A stretch of DNA of 63,480 nt, the filler included. It is 5 parts of 5 records of this genome, joined end to end, with 100 filler letters (N's around TTAATTAATTAA, not from the genome) between each part and the next. Parts side by side here need not be neighbours in the genome. Positions count along the whole stretch, not along the records: positions 53,138 to 60,252 come from SRR20825010_4280; positions 60,353 to 63,480 come from SRR20825010_4292; 3 more parts are not named here. One strand, 5' to 3'. A model generated the notes under the pieces. That model did not search any database. It was given only the letters and a program-made list of their open reading frames with translations, and was not told the origin of the DNA. Of this stretch, positions 53,139 to 62,461 are shown piece after piece. A program made the position numbers and the translations under genes. Position 1 is the first letter of the stretch, and each line of letters opens with the position of its first letter.

Positions 53139-53339
53139 GATTATAGCATTGCGCAAGCTACTTCATACGGGTTCGGTTCTGGTCTTGGCTGGTTTTTGGC
53201 TATTATCGCTTTGGCGGCAATCAGAGAAAAACTAAAATATTCTCACGTTCCGGCTGGTTTGAAGGGGTTGGGAATTACTATGTTAATAACAGGATTAATG
53301 GGGATAGCCTTTAAATCATTTATTGGAATAGCTCTTTAA
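53139..53339 (+). CDS. nqrE: Na+-translocating NADH:quinone reductase subunit E, C-terminal fragment
   Basis: Not in the ORF track; translates [58 protein letters not shown]. Confidence 0.9.
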   Translation, partial: DYSIAQATSYGFGSGLGWFLAIIALAAIREKLKYSHVPAGLKGLGITMLITGLMGIAFKSFIGIAL

Positions 53340-53360
53340 GAAGTTACAATGAAAAATTCA

Positions 53361-53396
53361 AAAGGGCTTTGTTCAACGGACAAAGCCTTTTTTTTT
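53361..53396 (+). terminator. Intrinsic terminator after nqrE
   Basis: GGCTTTGTTC-AAC-GGACAAAGCC followed by T9. Confidence 0.85.
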
Positions 53397-53417
53397 ACAA
53401 TACCATAAATCATTATA

Positions 53418-53978
53418 ATGAACCTTCATCCGATTGTCAATTATTTCCTTCGCGGCTTGTTATTAGTCGTGCCATTGAGTCTGACCATCTATATCATTTC
53501 CGCTATGGTTGTCTGGGTCGATCAATTGATCCCAATCAAGATACCGGGGATTGGGCTTCTTACTGTCCTTTTGGTTACAACCGGTATCGGATATTTAGCT
53601 AACTCCATTATCGCCAAACCAATGTTTGAGTTTATCTCTAAAACCATACAGAAGGTGCCGCTGGTAGGCTTTATATATACCTCAATCAATGACCTGGCAA
53701 CCGCCTTTGTGGGGGATAAAAAGAAGTTTGATCAGCCTGTTTTAGTTCCTTTTGATGAAAAGGGGAAGTTATTGAAGCCCGGGTTTATCACGAGCGCTGA
53801 CCTGGAGGATATTGGATTGCCTGGAATGGTATCCGTCTATTTACCACATTCCTACAACTTCTCCGGTAACCTTTTCGTTGTGGAAAAATCCAAACTCATC
53901 CTGCTAAAAGGGAAGAATACCGATATTATGAAATATATCGTTTCAGGAGGAGTTTCTGGGAAAATCAAGATAAGCTAG
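53418..53978 (+). CDS. DUF502 family membrane protein
   Basis: FLRGLLLVVP, PGIG, VPLVxxIYxSIxDL, VYLPHSYNFSG. Confidence 0.85.
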   Translation: MNLHPIVNYFLRGLLLVVPLSLTIYIISAMVVWVDQLIPIKIPGIGLLTVLLVTTGIGYLANSIIAKPMFEFISKTIQKVPLVGFIYTSINDLATAFVGDKKKFDQPVLVPFDEKGKLLKPGFITSADLEDIGLPGMVSVYLPHSYNFSGNLFVVEKSKLILLKGKNTDIMKYIVSGGVSGKIKIS

Positions 53979-54018
53979 ATATTATTTGGTGATCTGCCCG
54001 AAATATGTTGATTGATTC

Positions 54019-54050
54019 TTGAATATAAGAAAAATACATGTTTACCTTTG
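54019..54050 (+). promoter_or_regulatory. Bacteroidetes promoter for the arg operon
   Basis: TTG(54019-21)-N21-TACCTTTG(54043-50). Confidence 0.6.
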
Positions 54051-54068
54051 TTTCTTTGTTTTACAATT

Positions 54069-54134
54069 GTGGAGAAAAGAATCGTCAAATCGCTTCCTCT
54101 TAGAAGGCCAAACACACCCAGGCGCCCTGCCTGA
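54069..54134 (+). CDS. Candidate Arg-rich leader peptide (21 aa)
   Basis: GTG start with A at -3 and -6; MEKRIVKSLPLRRPNTPRRPA* has 5 Arg including AGA-AGG and AGG-CGC pairs, in the 5' leader of the arg operon. Confidence 0.55.
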   Translation: MEKRIVKSLPLRRPNTPRRPA

Positions 54135-54211
54135 CATATCTACTATGGCTGCTTACGTAGCGTGCCAAACCCCCGATTCTTTTATTATTTTTACCACTAA
54201 AGCAAAGTACC

Positions 54212-54826
54212 ATGAATAAATTCGTTGTATCCGTAGCGGATGCATCACATGATCGATACGCAGATGAAATCTGTGAAATGATAGCCGAAAGCGCCAGACA
54301 AAGGGGGACAGGAATTGCTAAGCGATCGCCCGAATACATAGCCAAAAAATTGAATGAGGGAAAGTCTGTAATCGCCTTAACTACAAAAGGGGAACTAGCG
54401 GGGTTCTGCTATATTGAAACTTGGGGTCACGGAAAATATGTGGCCAACTCAGGATTAATTGTGCATCCGGATTTCAGGAAATTCGGTTTGGCTAATGCCA
54501 TAAAGGAACGCGCCTTCAAATTGTCAAGAAAACTTTATCCGGAGGCGAAACTCTTTGGTTTAACAACCAGCCATGCAGTAATGAAAATAAACTCGGATTT
54601 GGGTTACAGACCGGTTCCGTTTTCAGAATTGACCGACGATGAAGTGTTTTGGAAAGGCTGTAGCAGTTGTGTCAACTACGAAATATTAACAAAAAAGAAT
54701 CATCAGAACTGCCTGTGTACGGGTATGCTTTACGATCCGGACGAGAAGAAGCGTAAGTGGGAAAAGAAACGTAAGGAAGTAGCGCAGAAACTGATGATCT
54801 GGAAACAAACAGTAAGAACGAAATGA
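54212..54826 (+). CDS. GNAT N-acyltransferase, Bacteroidetes arg-operon type (probable ArgA function)
   Basis: RGTGIAKR, GFCYIETW, VANSGLIV, FGLTT..AVMKINS, FWxGCxxCVNY; first gene of the arg operon. Confidence 0.85.
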   Translation: MNKFVVSVADASHDRYADEICEMIAESARQRGTGIAKRSPEYIAKKLNEGKSVIALTTKGELAGFCYIETWGHGKYVANSGLIVHPDFRKFGLANAIKERAFKLSRKLYPEAKLFGLTTSHAVMKINSDLGYRPVPFSELTDDEVFWKGCSSCVNYEILTKKNHQNCLCTGMLYDPDEKKRKWEKKRKEVAQKLMIWKQTVRTK

Positions 54827-56025
54827 CTGAAAAGAAGAAACTGGTATTGGCCTTCAGTGGCGGATTGGATACCACTTATTGTGCAATTTCACTCTCCAAA
54901 ATATATAGTGAAGTACATACCATCACAGTAAATACCGGTGGTTTTGATGCAGAGGCCCTAAAAGGGATCGAAAGACGGGCAAAGGCTCTTGGAGCCACAA
55001 GCCATGTGAACGTGGATGCCACGGAGGATTTCTATAAAAAATCCATCAAGTATCTCATTGCCGGAAATGTGTTGAAAAACAATACCTACCCACTTTCAGT
55101 AAGCGCGGAGCGGGTTTTTCAGGCAACCGAAATAGCGAAGCATGCGATTGCCATAGGCGCTGATGCCATTGCGCATGGGAGCACTGGTGCTGGAAATGAT
55201 CAGGTACGCTTTGATATGATTTTTAATATCATGTGTCCTGAAAAGAAAATAGTCACGCCAATTCGTGATTTAAGGTTGTCACGAGAAGAAGAAATTAAGT
55301 TTCTCGTAGAGAATGGTGTGGAGGGAAACTGGGAAAAAGCCTTGTATTCAGTGAATCAGGGACTTTGGGGAACATCCGTAGGCGGTAAAGAAACACTTAC
55401 GTCCGACCAATACTTGCCTGATACGGCTTTTCCATCCGCTTTGAAAAAACAAGGATCGGAGGTTGTTGAAATAGAATTTAAAAAAGGTGAGCCTGTTGCG
55501 TTCAATGGCGAGTCACTTTCTCCTATCAAATGCATTGAAAAGATAGGTGCATTGGCATCCCAATATGCCATTGGTAGAGACATTCACGTTGGAGATACCA
55601 TCATAGGTATTAAAGGTCGGGTAGGTTTTGAAGCTCCGGCTCCTCTTGTGGTTATAAAATCGCATCATGCCCTTGAAAAGCACGTGCTCGGAAAAAATCA
55701 GTTGTTGATCAAGGATCAATTGTCTCTTACTTATGGGAACCTGCTTCACGAAGGACATTATCTTGATCCGGTCATGCGGGACATTGAAGCCTTCTATGAT
55801 TCATCTCAAAAGTATGTTACAGGAAAGGTGAAAGTACATTTCGCACCTTATCAGTTTTATATTGTTGGGATCAGTTCCGAAAATGACATGATGCAATCGT
55901 CATTCGGTAAATATGGAGAGATTAACAACGCATGGTCTGGAGAAGATGTGAAAGGATTTTCAAAAATCTTCGGCAACCAAAACATGATTTATCACAAGAT
56001 TCACAACAACAGTAAAGATGATTAA
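54823..56025 (+). CDS. argG: Argininosuccinate synthase
   Basis: LAFSGGLDT, YPLSVSAER, AHGSTGAGNDQVRF, GIKGRVGFEAP. Confidence 0.96.
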   Translation: MTEKKKLVLAFSGGLDTTYCAISLSKIYSEVHTITVNTGGFDAEALKGIERRAKALGATSHVNVDATEDFYKKSIKYLIAGNVLKNNTYPLSVSAERVFQATEIAKHAIAIGADAIAHGSTGAGNDQVRFDMIFNIMCPEKKIVTPIRDLRLSREEEIKFLVENGVEGNWEKALYSVNQGLWGTSVGGKETLTSDQYLPDTAFPSALKKQGSEVVEIEFKKGEPVAFNGESLSPIKCIEKIGALASQYAIGRDIHVGDTIIGIKGRVGFEAPAPLVVIKSHHALEKHVLGKNQLLIKDQLSLTYGNLLHEGHYLDPVMRDIEAFYDSSQKYVTGKVKVHFAPYQFYIVGISSENDMMQSSFGKYGEINNAWSGEDVKGFSKIFGNQNMIYHKIHNNSKDD

Positions 56026-56983
56026 TGTAGGAATTGTGGGTGCCGCCGGCTACACGGCCGGGGAATTGATTCGAATACTCATGAATCATCCAAACGCCCA
56101 AATTACCGTCGCTCAAAGCGAAAGTCAGGCCGGAAAACCAGTTTACGAAACGCATACAGATTTAATAGGCGATATTGATCTCAAATTTTCCTCGGAGATT
56201 GATTTCAAAGCAGTAGACGTCCTTTTTTTATGCAAAGGTCATGGTGAATCGGTAAAGTTTATGGAGGCGAATACGCTTCCTAAATCGTTGAAAATTGTCG
56301 ACCTGAGTCATGATTTCAGACTCGCTCGTTCAGGGAATGATTTTGTTTATGGTTTACCTGAGATTAATAAGTCGATAATAGCAAAGGCTTCTAAAATTGC
56401 GAATCCAGGATGTTTTGCTACCTGTATCCAATTGGGTTTATTGCCGGCTGCAAAAGGAAAGTTTATCAATTCGGAAATTCATATTTCCGGTATTACTGGA
56501 TCTACAGGCGCGGGACAATCTTTGAGTCCTACCTCTCATTTTTCATGGAGAAATAACAATATGAGCGTTTATAAGGCTTTTACCCACCAGCATTTGGCTG
56601 AGATAGGTCAGAGCCTTCATCAGCAGTCGGGTGACGACTATTTGATGAATTTTATCCCTTATCGAGGAAATTTCACTCGGGGAATTATCGTCACAAGTTA
56701 TTTTGATACGAATGTTTCGTTGGATGAAGCCAAGGAAGCTTATAAAAAATATTATGCCGATGCACCTTTTGTCCATGTTGTGGAAGACAACCCCGATCTC
56801 AAACAGGTTGTTAATACCAACAAAGGATTGGTGTATTTGGAAAAGCATGATAACAAACTCATGGTTATTAGCATAACGGACAATCTCGTAAAGGGGGCAT
56901 CAGGACAAGCGGTTCAAAACATGAATCTAATGTTTGGTTTGAATGAAGAAACAGGGCTTAAGGTAAAGTCTTCAGCATTTTAA
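56018..56983 (+). CDS. argC: N-acetyl-gamma-glutamyl-phosphate reductase
   Basis: GAAGYTAGEL, YGLPE, IANPGCFAT, DNLVKGASGQAVQNMN. Confidence 0.97.
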   Translation: MINVGIVGAAGYTAGELIRILMNHPNAQITVAQSESQAGKPVYETHTDLIGDIDLKFSSEIDFKAVDVLFLCKGHGESVKFMEANTLPKSLKIVDLSHDFRLARSGNDFVYGLPEINKSIIAKASKIANPGCFATCIQLGLLPAAKGKFINSEIHISGITGSTGAGQSLSPTSHFSWRNNNMSVYKAFTHQHLAEIGQSLHQQSGDDYLMNFIPYRGNFTRGIIVTSYFDTNVSLDEAKEAYKKYYADAPFVHVVEDNPDLKQVVNTNKGLVYLEKHDNKLMVISITDNLVKGASGQAVQNMNLMFGLNEETGLKVKSSAF

Positions 56984-56993
56984 TAATACAAGT

Positions 56994-57791
56994 ATGAGCG
57001 AGAACAAAATAGCGATAATCGGTGCTGGAAATCTTGGTATATCCATTGCAGAAGGAATTGTTGATAAAGGCTTGATGTCGAGCTCGGGGATCATCCTTAC
57101 GCGAAGACATACCGAAAGCTTAAAGAGCTTCAAGGAGCAAGGGTATGAGGTGTCTAAGTCCAACTCAGATGCCACAAAACAGAGTAGAATTGTTATGCTC
57201 TGTGTTCAACCCAAACAATTAGCTAAAGTGCTGGAAGAAATAAATCCCGCGCTTACTGATGATCATATATTGGTTTCTGTTATTACAGGGGTTTCGCTGG
57301 ATGAAATCAAATCGCAGCTGGCAGTAAAAGCAACCGTGATTCGTGCCATGCCGAATACTGCCATCGCAATCGGAGAATCAATGACCTGTATAGCCTCAAC
57401 CGATCGCGATGATCATGTAATGGAAATCCAAACCTTATTCGATGCTTTAGGAAAAACCCTGATCATAGATGAAAAACTCATGCAGGCGGCTACTGTACTA
57501 GGGGCCAGTGGGATTGCTTTTTTTATGCGGTTTTTGCGAGCAGCTACTCAGGGTGGTGTACAGATGGGCTTTCATTCGGATGAAGCACAATTGATCGCTG
57601 TACAAACTGCCAAAGGCGCAGCATCCCTAATATTGGAAAATAATCAGCATCCGGAAGTGGAAATTGATAAGGTAACCACGCCACAGGGATGCACCATCGC
57701 CGGGCTAAATGAGATGGAACATCAGGGCCTCAGTTCAGCCATAATTAAGGGATTGATGGTATCTTACGAACGTATTTCAAAAATTAAATAA
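56994..57791 (+). CDS. proC: Pyrroline-5-carboxylate reductase
   Basis: IIGAGNLG, RAMPNT, VTTPQGCTIAGL. Confidence 0.95.
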   Translation: MSENKIAIIGAGNLGISIAEGIVDKGLMSSSGIILTRRHTESLKSFKEQGYEVSKSNSDATKQSRIVMLCVQPKQLAKVLEEINPALTDDHILVSVITGVSLDEIKSQLAVKATVIRAMPNTAIAIGESMTCIASTDRDDHVMEIQTLFDALGKTLIIDEKLMQAATVLGASGIAFFMRFLRAATQGGVQMGFHSDEAQLIAVQTAKGAASLILENNQHPEVEIDKVTTPQGCTIAGLNEMEHQGLSSAIIKGLMVSYERISKIK

Positions 57792-57793
57792 GC

Positions 57794-58738
57794 ATGAAGC
57801 AATTCTTGTCTGTAGATGATGTAGAGAACCCGATCGAACTGGTTGAAAAGGCGATTGCATTGAAAAAGGATCCATTTGCATATCAGCAATTAGGTAAAAA
57901 CAAGACGTTGGGAATGCTTTTTTTTAATTCCAGCTTACGAACCAGAATGAGTACACAAGTTGCTGCTAAAAACCTGGGAATGGAAGTGATTGTCATGAAT
58001 GTCACGCAAGATTCGTGGCAGATCGAGACGGAAGAAGGAGCCATCATGAATGGCGATAAAGCGGAGCACATCATGGAAGCCGCCGCTGTAATGGGGCAGT
58101 ATTGCGATATTCTCGGTGTTCGCTCGTTTCCAGGGCTGAAGAATCGAGAATTGGATTACAGCGAGCATCTGATCAAGTCCTTTGCGAAATATGCAGGTGT
58201 GCCAATCATCAGTCTTGAGTCAGCTACCTTGCACCCATTGCAATCACTTGCTGATTTGATTACAATTAAGGAAAATTGGACACCTAAGAAACCCAAAGTG
58301 GTTTTGTCTTGGGCCCCCCATGTGAAGGCTTTGCCACAGGCGGTATCCAATAGTTTCAGTGAATGGGTTCAGGAAATGGATGTAGATTTTGTGATCACCC
58401 ATCCTCAAGGTTTGGAACTTTCGAATAAATTTACAAAAAGAGCAGAGATAGAATACGACCAGAAGAAGGCTCTTGAGGGGGCAGATTTTGTGTATGTGAA
58501 AAACTGGTCATCGTTTAAAGAGTATGGAACAATCGTCAATAAACCGGAATGGATTATTGACGAGGCAAAATTGGCCAATACCAATGGGGCTAAAGTAATG
58601 CATTGCTTACCTGTAAGAAGAAATGTGGTAATCAGTGATTCGGTAATGAATAGTGAAAATGCTATTATGCTGCAGCAGGCAAATAACAGAACCTATTCAG
58701 CACAAATTGTATTGAAAGAAATTTTACAACGCCTATAG
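57794..58738 (+). CDS. argF: N-acyl-ornithine carbamoyltransferase (ArgF', probably N-succinylornithine-specific)
   Basis: SLRTRMS, HPLQ, WAPHxKALPQAV, HCLPVRRN; GDKAEH has Ala at the specificity position. Confidence 0.92.
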   Translation: MKQFLSVDDVENPIELVEKAIALKKDPFAYQQLGKNKTLGMLFFNSSLRTRMSTQVAAKNLGMEVIVMNVTQDSWQIETEEGAIMNGDKAEHIMEAAAVMGQYCDILGVRSFPGLKNRELDYSEHLIKSFAKYAGVPIISLESATLHPLQSLADLITIKENWTPKKPKVVLSWAPHVKALPQAVSNSFSEWVQEMDVDFVITHPQGLELSNKFTKRAEIEYDQKKALEGADFVYVKNWSSFKEYGTIVNKPEWIIDEAKLANTNGAKVMHCLPVRRNVVISDSVMNSENAIMLQQANNRTYSAQIVLKEILQRL

Positions 58739-58740
58739 AC

Positions 58741-59520
58741 ATGCCTAAAAGATTAAACGTAATCAAAATTGGAGGTGCCGTGATAGATGATCCTATCATG
58801 CTAGCCGACTTTCTTACTGAGTTCTCCAAAATTGAAGGGGCCAAAATCCTTGTTCACGGAGGGGGAAAAGTAGCTACTCAGATGGGGGAAAAACTTGGTG
58901 TTTCACCCAAGATTATCGAAGGTAGAAGAATTACCGACGAGGTGACTATCGAAATTGTGACGATGGTATATGCTGGTTTGGTTAACAAGAGAATCGTTTC
59001 TCAATTGCAGTCACACCATCTTAACGCGATTGGGCTTTCTGGAGCAGATGGAAATGCAATAAAAGCAAAGAAAAGACCAATACGAGCCGGAATCGATTAC
59101 GGTTTGGTTGGAGATATCAGAGAGGTGAATGTGGATCTTTTTTCCAATTTCCTTTCGTCAGACATGATTCCTGTTGTGGCGCCATTGACTCATGATGGGT
59201 ATGGCGTGTTGCTGAATACCAACGCCGATACGATTGCGTCCGAATTGGCAATAGCTATGTCTGTGAAATACGATGTTACACTTTCACTTACCTTCGAAAT
59301 GGAAGGTGTGATGGAGGATGTGTCTAACCCAGATTCGGTAATAAAAATCCTGGATAAAGGGAAATATGAAGTGCTGAAGTCTGAGTTTAAGGTTCATGAC
59401 GGAATGATCCCTAAGCTGGATAATGCTTTCAACGTAATTGATAACGGAGTAAAATCAGTTCGTATTTGTAAATACGATCAAATCGGGAAACCCGGCAATG
59501 GCACTATCCTTCAGGCGTAA
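58741..59520 (+). CDS. argB: Acetylglutamate kinase
   Basis: VIKIGG, VHGGG, GRRITD, LLNTNAD, GMIPKL. Confidence 0.96.
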   Translation: MPKRLNVIKIGGAVIDDPIMLADFLTEFSKIEGAKILVHGGGKVATQMGEKLGVSPKIIEGRRITDEVTIEIVTMVYAGLVNKRIVSQLQSHHLNAIGLSGADGNAIKAKKRPIRAGIDYGLVGDIREVNVDLFSNFLSSDMIPVVAPLTHDGYGVLLNTNADTIASELAIAMSVKYDVTLSLTFEMEGVMEDVSNPDSVIKILDKGKYEVLKSEFKVHDGMIPKLDNAFNVIDNGVKSVRICKYDQIGKPGNGTILQA

Positions 59521-60252
59521 TATTGACCAGATTCATGAAGAAGCCTTAAGTCTCCTCAGTCGATTAATCGAGATACCGAGCCTCAGTAAACAAGAGGATG
59601 AAACCGCCGATTTGCTTGAAGGCTATCTTAAGAATTATGAAGTGATTGTGCAAAGGAAAGGCAACAATGTGTGGGCCTATAACCAGCACTATGATGCTTC
59701 GAAATCATCAATATTGCTCAATTCTCATCATGATACGGTAAAACCAAATCAGGGGTATACACGTGACCCGCATAGTGCAGAGGTAGTTGACGGGAAGCTG
59801 TTTGGCTTGGGTAGCAATGATGCGGGAGGAGCACTTATTTCATTGCTTTTTACTTTCCTGTATTTGCACGATCAGGAAAACATGCCTTTTAACATCATTT
59901 TCGCTGCAACTGCAGAAGAAGAGATCTCGGGGCAGAACGGAGTTGCAAGCATTCTCGATGAACTTGGAAAAATTGAATTCGGTATAGTAGGTGAACCTAC
60001 GGAAATGGAAATGGCCATTGCCGAAAAGGGGTTGATGGTACTCGATTGCCATGCCAAAGGAATTTCTGGCCATGCCGCCAGAGATGAGGGTGAAAACGCT
60101 ATTTACAAGGCTATTCAGGATATTGAGTGGTTCCGTACGTTTTCATTCCCGAAAGTTTCGGATTATCTCGGGCCGATTAAAATGTCTGTGACTATGATCA
60201 ATGCCGGGTATCAGCATAATGTGGTGCCCGATGATTGCCATTTTGTGGTAGA
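59498..60252 (+). CDS. argE: M20 family deacylase (ArgE-like), 3' truncated
   Basis: NSHHDTV, GLGSNDAG, AEEE, VGEPT, GHAA, HNVVP; position in arg operon. Confidence 0.88.
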
Positions 60253-60352
60253 NNNNNNNNNNNNNNNNNNNNNNNNNNNNNNNNNNNNNNNNNNNNTTAA
60301 TTAATTAANNNNNNNNNNNNNNNNNNNNNNNNNNNNNNNNNNNNNNNNNNNN
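60253..60352. other. Artificial contig linker
   Basis: 44 N + TTAATTAATTAA + 44 N. Confidence 0.99.
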
Positions 60353-60354
60353 GT

Positions 60355-61731
60355 GTATTTCAGTGGGTATATGGCCAGTCGCGTCATCCTGTAACTCTGC
60401 TGATTCTCCTGCTGTTTGCCATTTCGATAGACTGGAGGCTGACGCTGCAGTGTATGATTCCGCTGGTGGCGGCCTGGTATTTTTTGTTGCAGCATCGCAA
60501 AAACTATGAACAGGAGCAGGCAAAAACACTGGTTGTAATTGAGTCAGAGTTGTCTTTACTGGCAGAAAACCTGCGAAGTACCCGACTGGTACGTGGTTTC
60601 GGAATGGAAACAGCAGAGCATGATCAGTTTCAGAAACATCTGCAGAAATATACTGAGAATATCGCGACGCTCAAACGTGTTGAGGGGTGGGGGCATCGGG
60701 TGGCGCGCGGGCTGGCAGTCTTCTGTACCTGCATGGTTCTGTTCCTGGTCGGGTATAAAGTACTGGTGAGTCCAGACAGCCTGCCACTTTCGGCAGCTGT
60801 TTTGATGACGGGGATCTTTGCCTTTTTCTATCTGCCGGTAAATGGATTGTATCAGCTGATACAGACACGCGATGAAGCTAACATTGCAGCGAGTTTGATC
60901 TATCGTTACCTCAATCAGATCCCTGCTGTGGGGCAGGCTGTCGGAGCGAAGTTTCTGGAACCTCTGTCTCAGGCACTGCAGTTTGAAAATGTCAGTTTTC
61001 AGTTAAATTCCCACAGCCCTCCATTACTCAAAGGATTTGATTTGAAAATTCCCGCAGGTACCAGCACGGCCCTGGTATCTCTGGAAAAACTGGCACCACG
61101 TGCTGTGAGTTATCTGATCCCACGATTTATTGAACCTCAGTCTGGTCGTGTTCTGATGGATGGTGAAGATACTGCCTGGGTGACTCTGGAATCTCTGCGA
61201 GCGGAAGCGATCTATGTGAGCGGGAATGATCCCTGCCTGACAGGAACCGTCAAAGAGAATATCCAGTGCGGTGATGAGCGATACTCACTGCAGGAAGTGA
61301 TTGCTGCGTCCAAGGAGGCGCACGCGCATCAGTTCATCCAGAATTTATCTCAGGGGTATGAGACCTCGCTGGGACAGCATGGTGAAGAATTGACTGTGGG
61401 CGAATGTTTTCGTCTGGGGCTGGCCCGGGCATTATTGCGAAAGCCTGCTTTGCTCATCATCGAAGAGCCTGAAGATATACTGGATGAGGATACCAAAACG
61501 CTTCTCGAAGATGCTTATTCACGAATTTTCCAGAATCGTACCGTTCTGGTGATCCCTTCACGAATTACGACCCTGCGCCGTGTCAACCAGGTTGTACTGA
61601 TTCATGATGGCAAAGTGGAAGCGGTTGACAGTCAGCCGAATCTGTTAAAAAAATCTGCCCTGTATCGCCACTGGGAATACACGCGTTTCAATCAGTTCAG
61701 GCATATTCAGGAAACTTCGAACGAACGTTGA
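60355..61731 (+). CDS. ABC exporter half-transporter (TMD+NBD) with degenerate NBD, 5' truncated
   Basis: Frame open from the contig edge; FENVSF, IPRFxEPxSGRVLMDG, AHxFIxxLxxGYET, LARALL; Walker A absent. Confidence 0.85.
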   Translation, partial: VFQWVYGQSRHPVTLLILLLFAISIDWRLTLQCMIPLVAAWYFLLQHRKNYEQEQAKTLVVIESELSLLAENLRSTRLVRGFGMETAEHDQFQKHLQKYTENIATLKRVEGWGHRVARGLAVFCTCMVLFLVGYKVLVSPDSLPLSAAVLMTGIFAFFYLPVNGLYQLIQTRDEANIAASLIYRYLNQIPAVGQAVGAKFLEPLSQALQFENVSFQLNSHSPPLLKGFDLKIPAGTSTALVSLEKLAPRAVSYLIPRFIEPQSGRVLMDGEDTAWVTLESLRAEAIYVSGNDPCLTGTVKENIQCGDERYSLQEVIAASKEAHAHQFIQNLSQGYETSLGQHGEELTVGECFRLGLARALLRKPALLIIEEPEDILDEDTKTLLEDAYSRIFQNRTVLVIPSRITTLRRVNQVVLIHDGKVEAVDSQPNLLKKSALYRHWEYTRFNQFRHIQETSNER

Positions 61732-61746
61732 AGCAAAGAACCAGAT

Positions 61747-62340
61747 ATGGATATCCTTCATTCACCTGTAGTCGAACATGCGATACGTCTGGCTGCGGTG
61801 GCTCATAAGTCTCAAAAGCGGAAGTCTTCCGGCATTCCTTATATTGCGCATCCCATGAGTGTCTGCCTGATCCTGATGAAGGCTGGTTTCGATGATGAAT
61901 CGATTCTGGCAGCGGCTGTGCTGCATGATGTTGTAGAAGACACCGAATTGTCAATCGAAGATCTGGAAACGCATTTTTCAGAGGACGTTGTGCGATTTGT
62001 TCAGGAAATGACAGAAGAAAAAGAGACGGAAGAAGGAGAGAAGCGGAGTTGGCCGGATCGTAAGCGAACGCACATTGAAGTGATGCAGCAGGCAGCACTG
62101 GGGACAAGAGCGATCGAACTGGCGGATAAGCTCCACAATCTCGAAGCGATGCTGTTTGACCTGCAGACAGAAGACAGGCAGGAATTCTGGGCGCATTTTG
62201 GAGCCAGCCCTGATGAAATCATACAGTATTATCATTCGATGATCGAAGCAGCGGGCCAGTCTGATTCTGAATTGAAATCACTGGTCGAGAACTGTAATAC
62301 CCGGCTTGAAGAATTGAAAAAGTACCTGCCTGCTACATGA
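61747..62340 (+). CDS. HD-domain protein, Mesh1/SpoT-like small alarmone hydrolase family
   Basis: AHxxQxRKxxxxPYxxHP, LHDVVEDT, ADKLHN motifs. Confidence 0.88.
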   Translation: MDILHSPVVEHAIRLAAVAHKSQKRKSSGIPYIAHPMSVCLILMKAGFDDESILAAAVLHDVVEDTELSIEDLETHFSEDVVRFVQEMTEEKETEEGEKRSWPDRKRTHIEVMQQAALGTRAIELADKLHNLEAMLFDLQTEDRQEFWAHFGASPDEIIQYYHSMIEAAGQSDSELKSLVENCNTRLEELKKYLPAT

Positions 62341-62461
62341 GAAGGCATACTGGTACTTTCGGTGTTGCTTTAGTTTAATACAGAGGTCTCGACTGCGCTT
62401 CAACTGTGAGACATCAATGACTGGGCTATGACAGCTGTGTGAAATAGAAAGCGAGTGCACC

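Noticed and set aside
54015-54042. ArgR box near TTGAATAT
   Set aside because: Only a half site; the TGAAT-N4-ATTCA palindrome is not completed.
54019-54219. 66-aa ORF upstream of the arg operon
   Set aside because: Starts inside the predicted promoter and has no motif; the Arg-rich uORF in another frame explains the region better.
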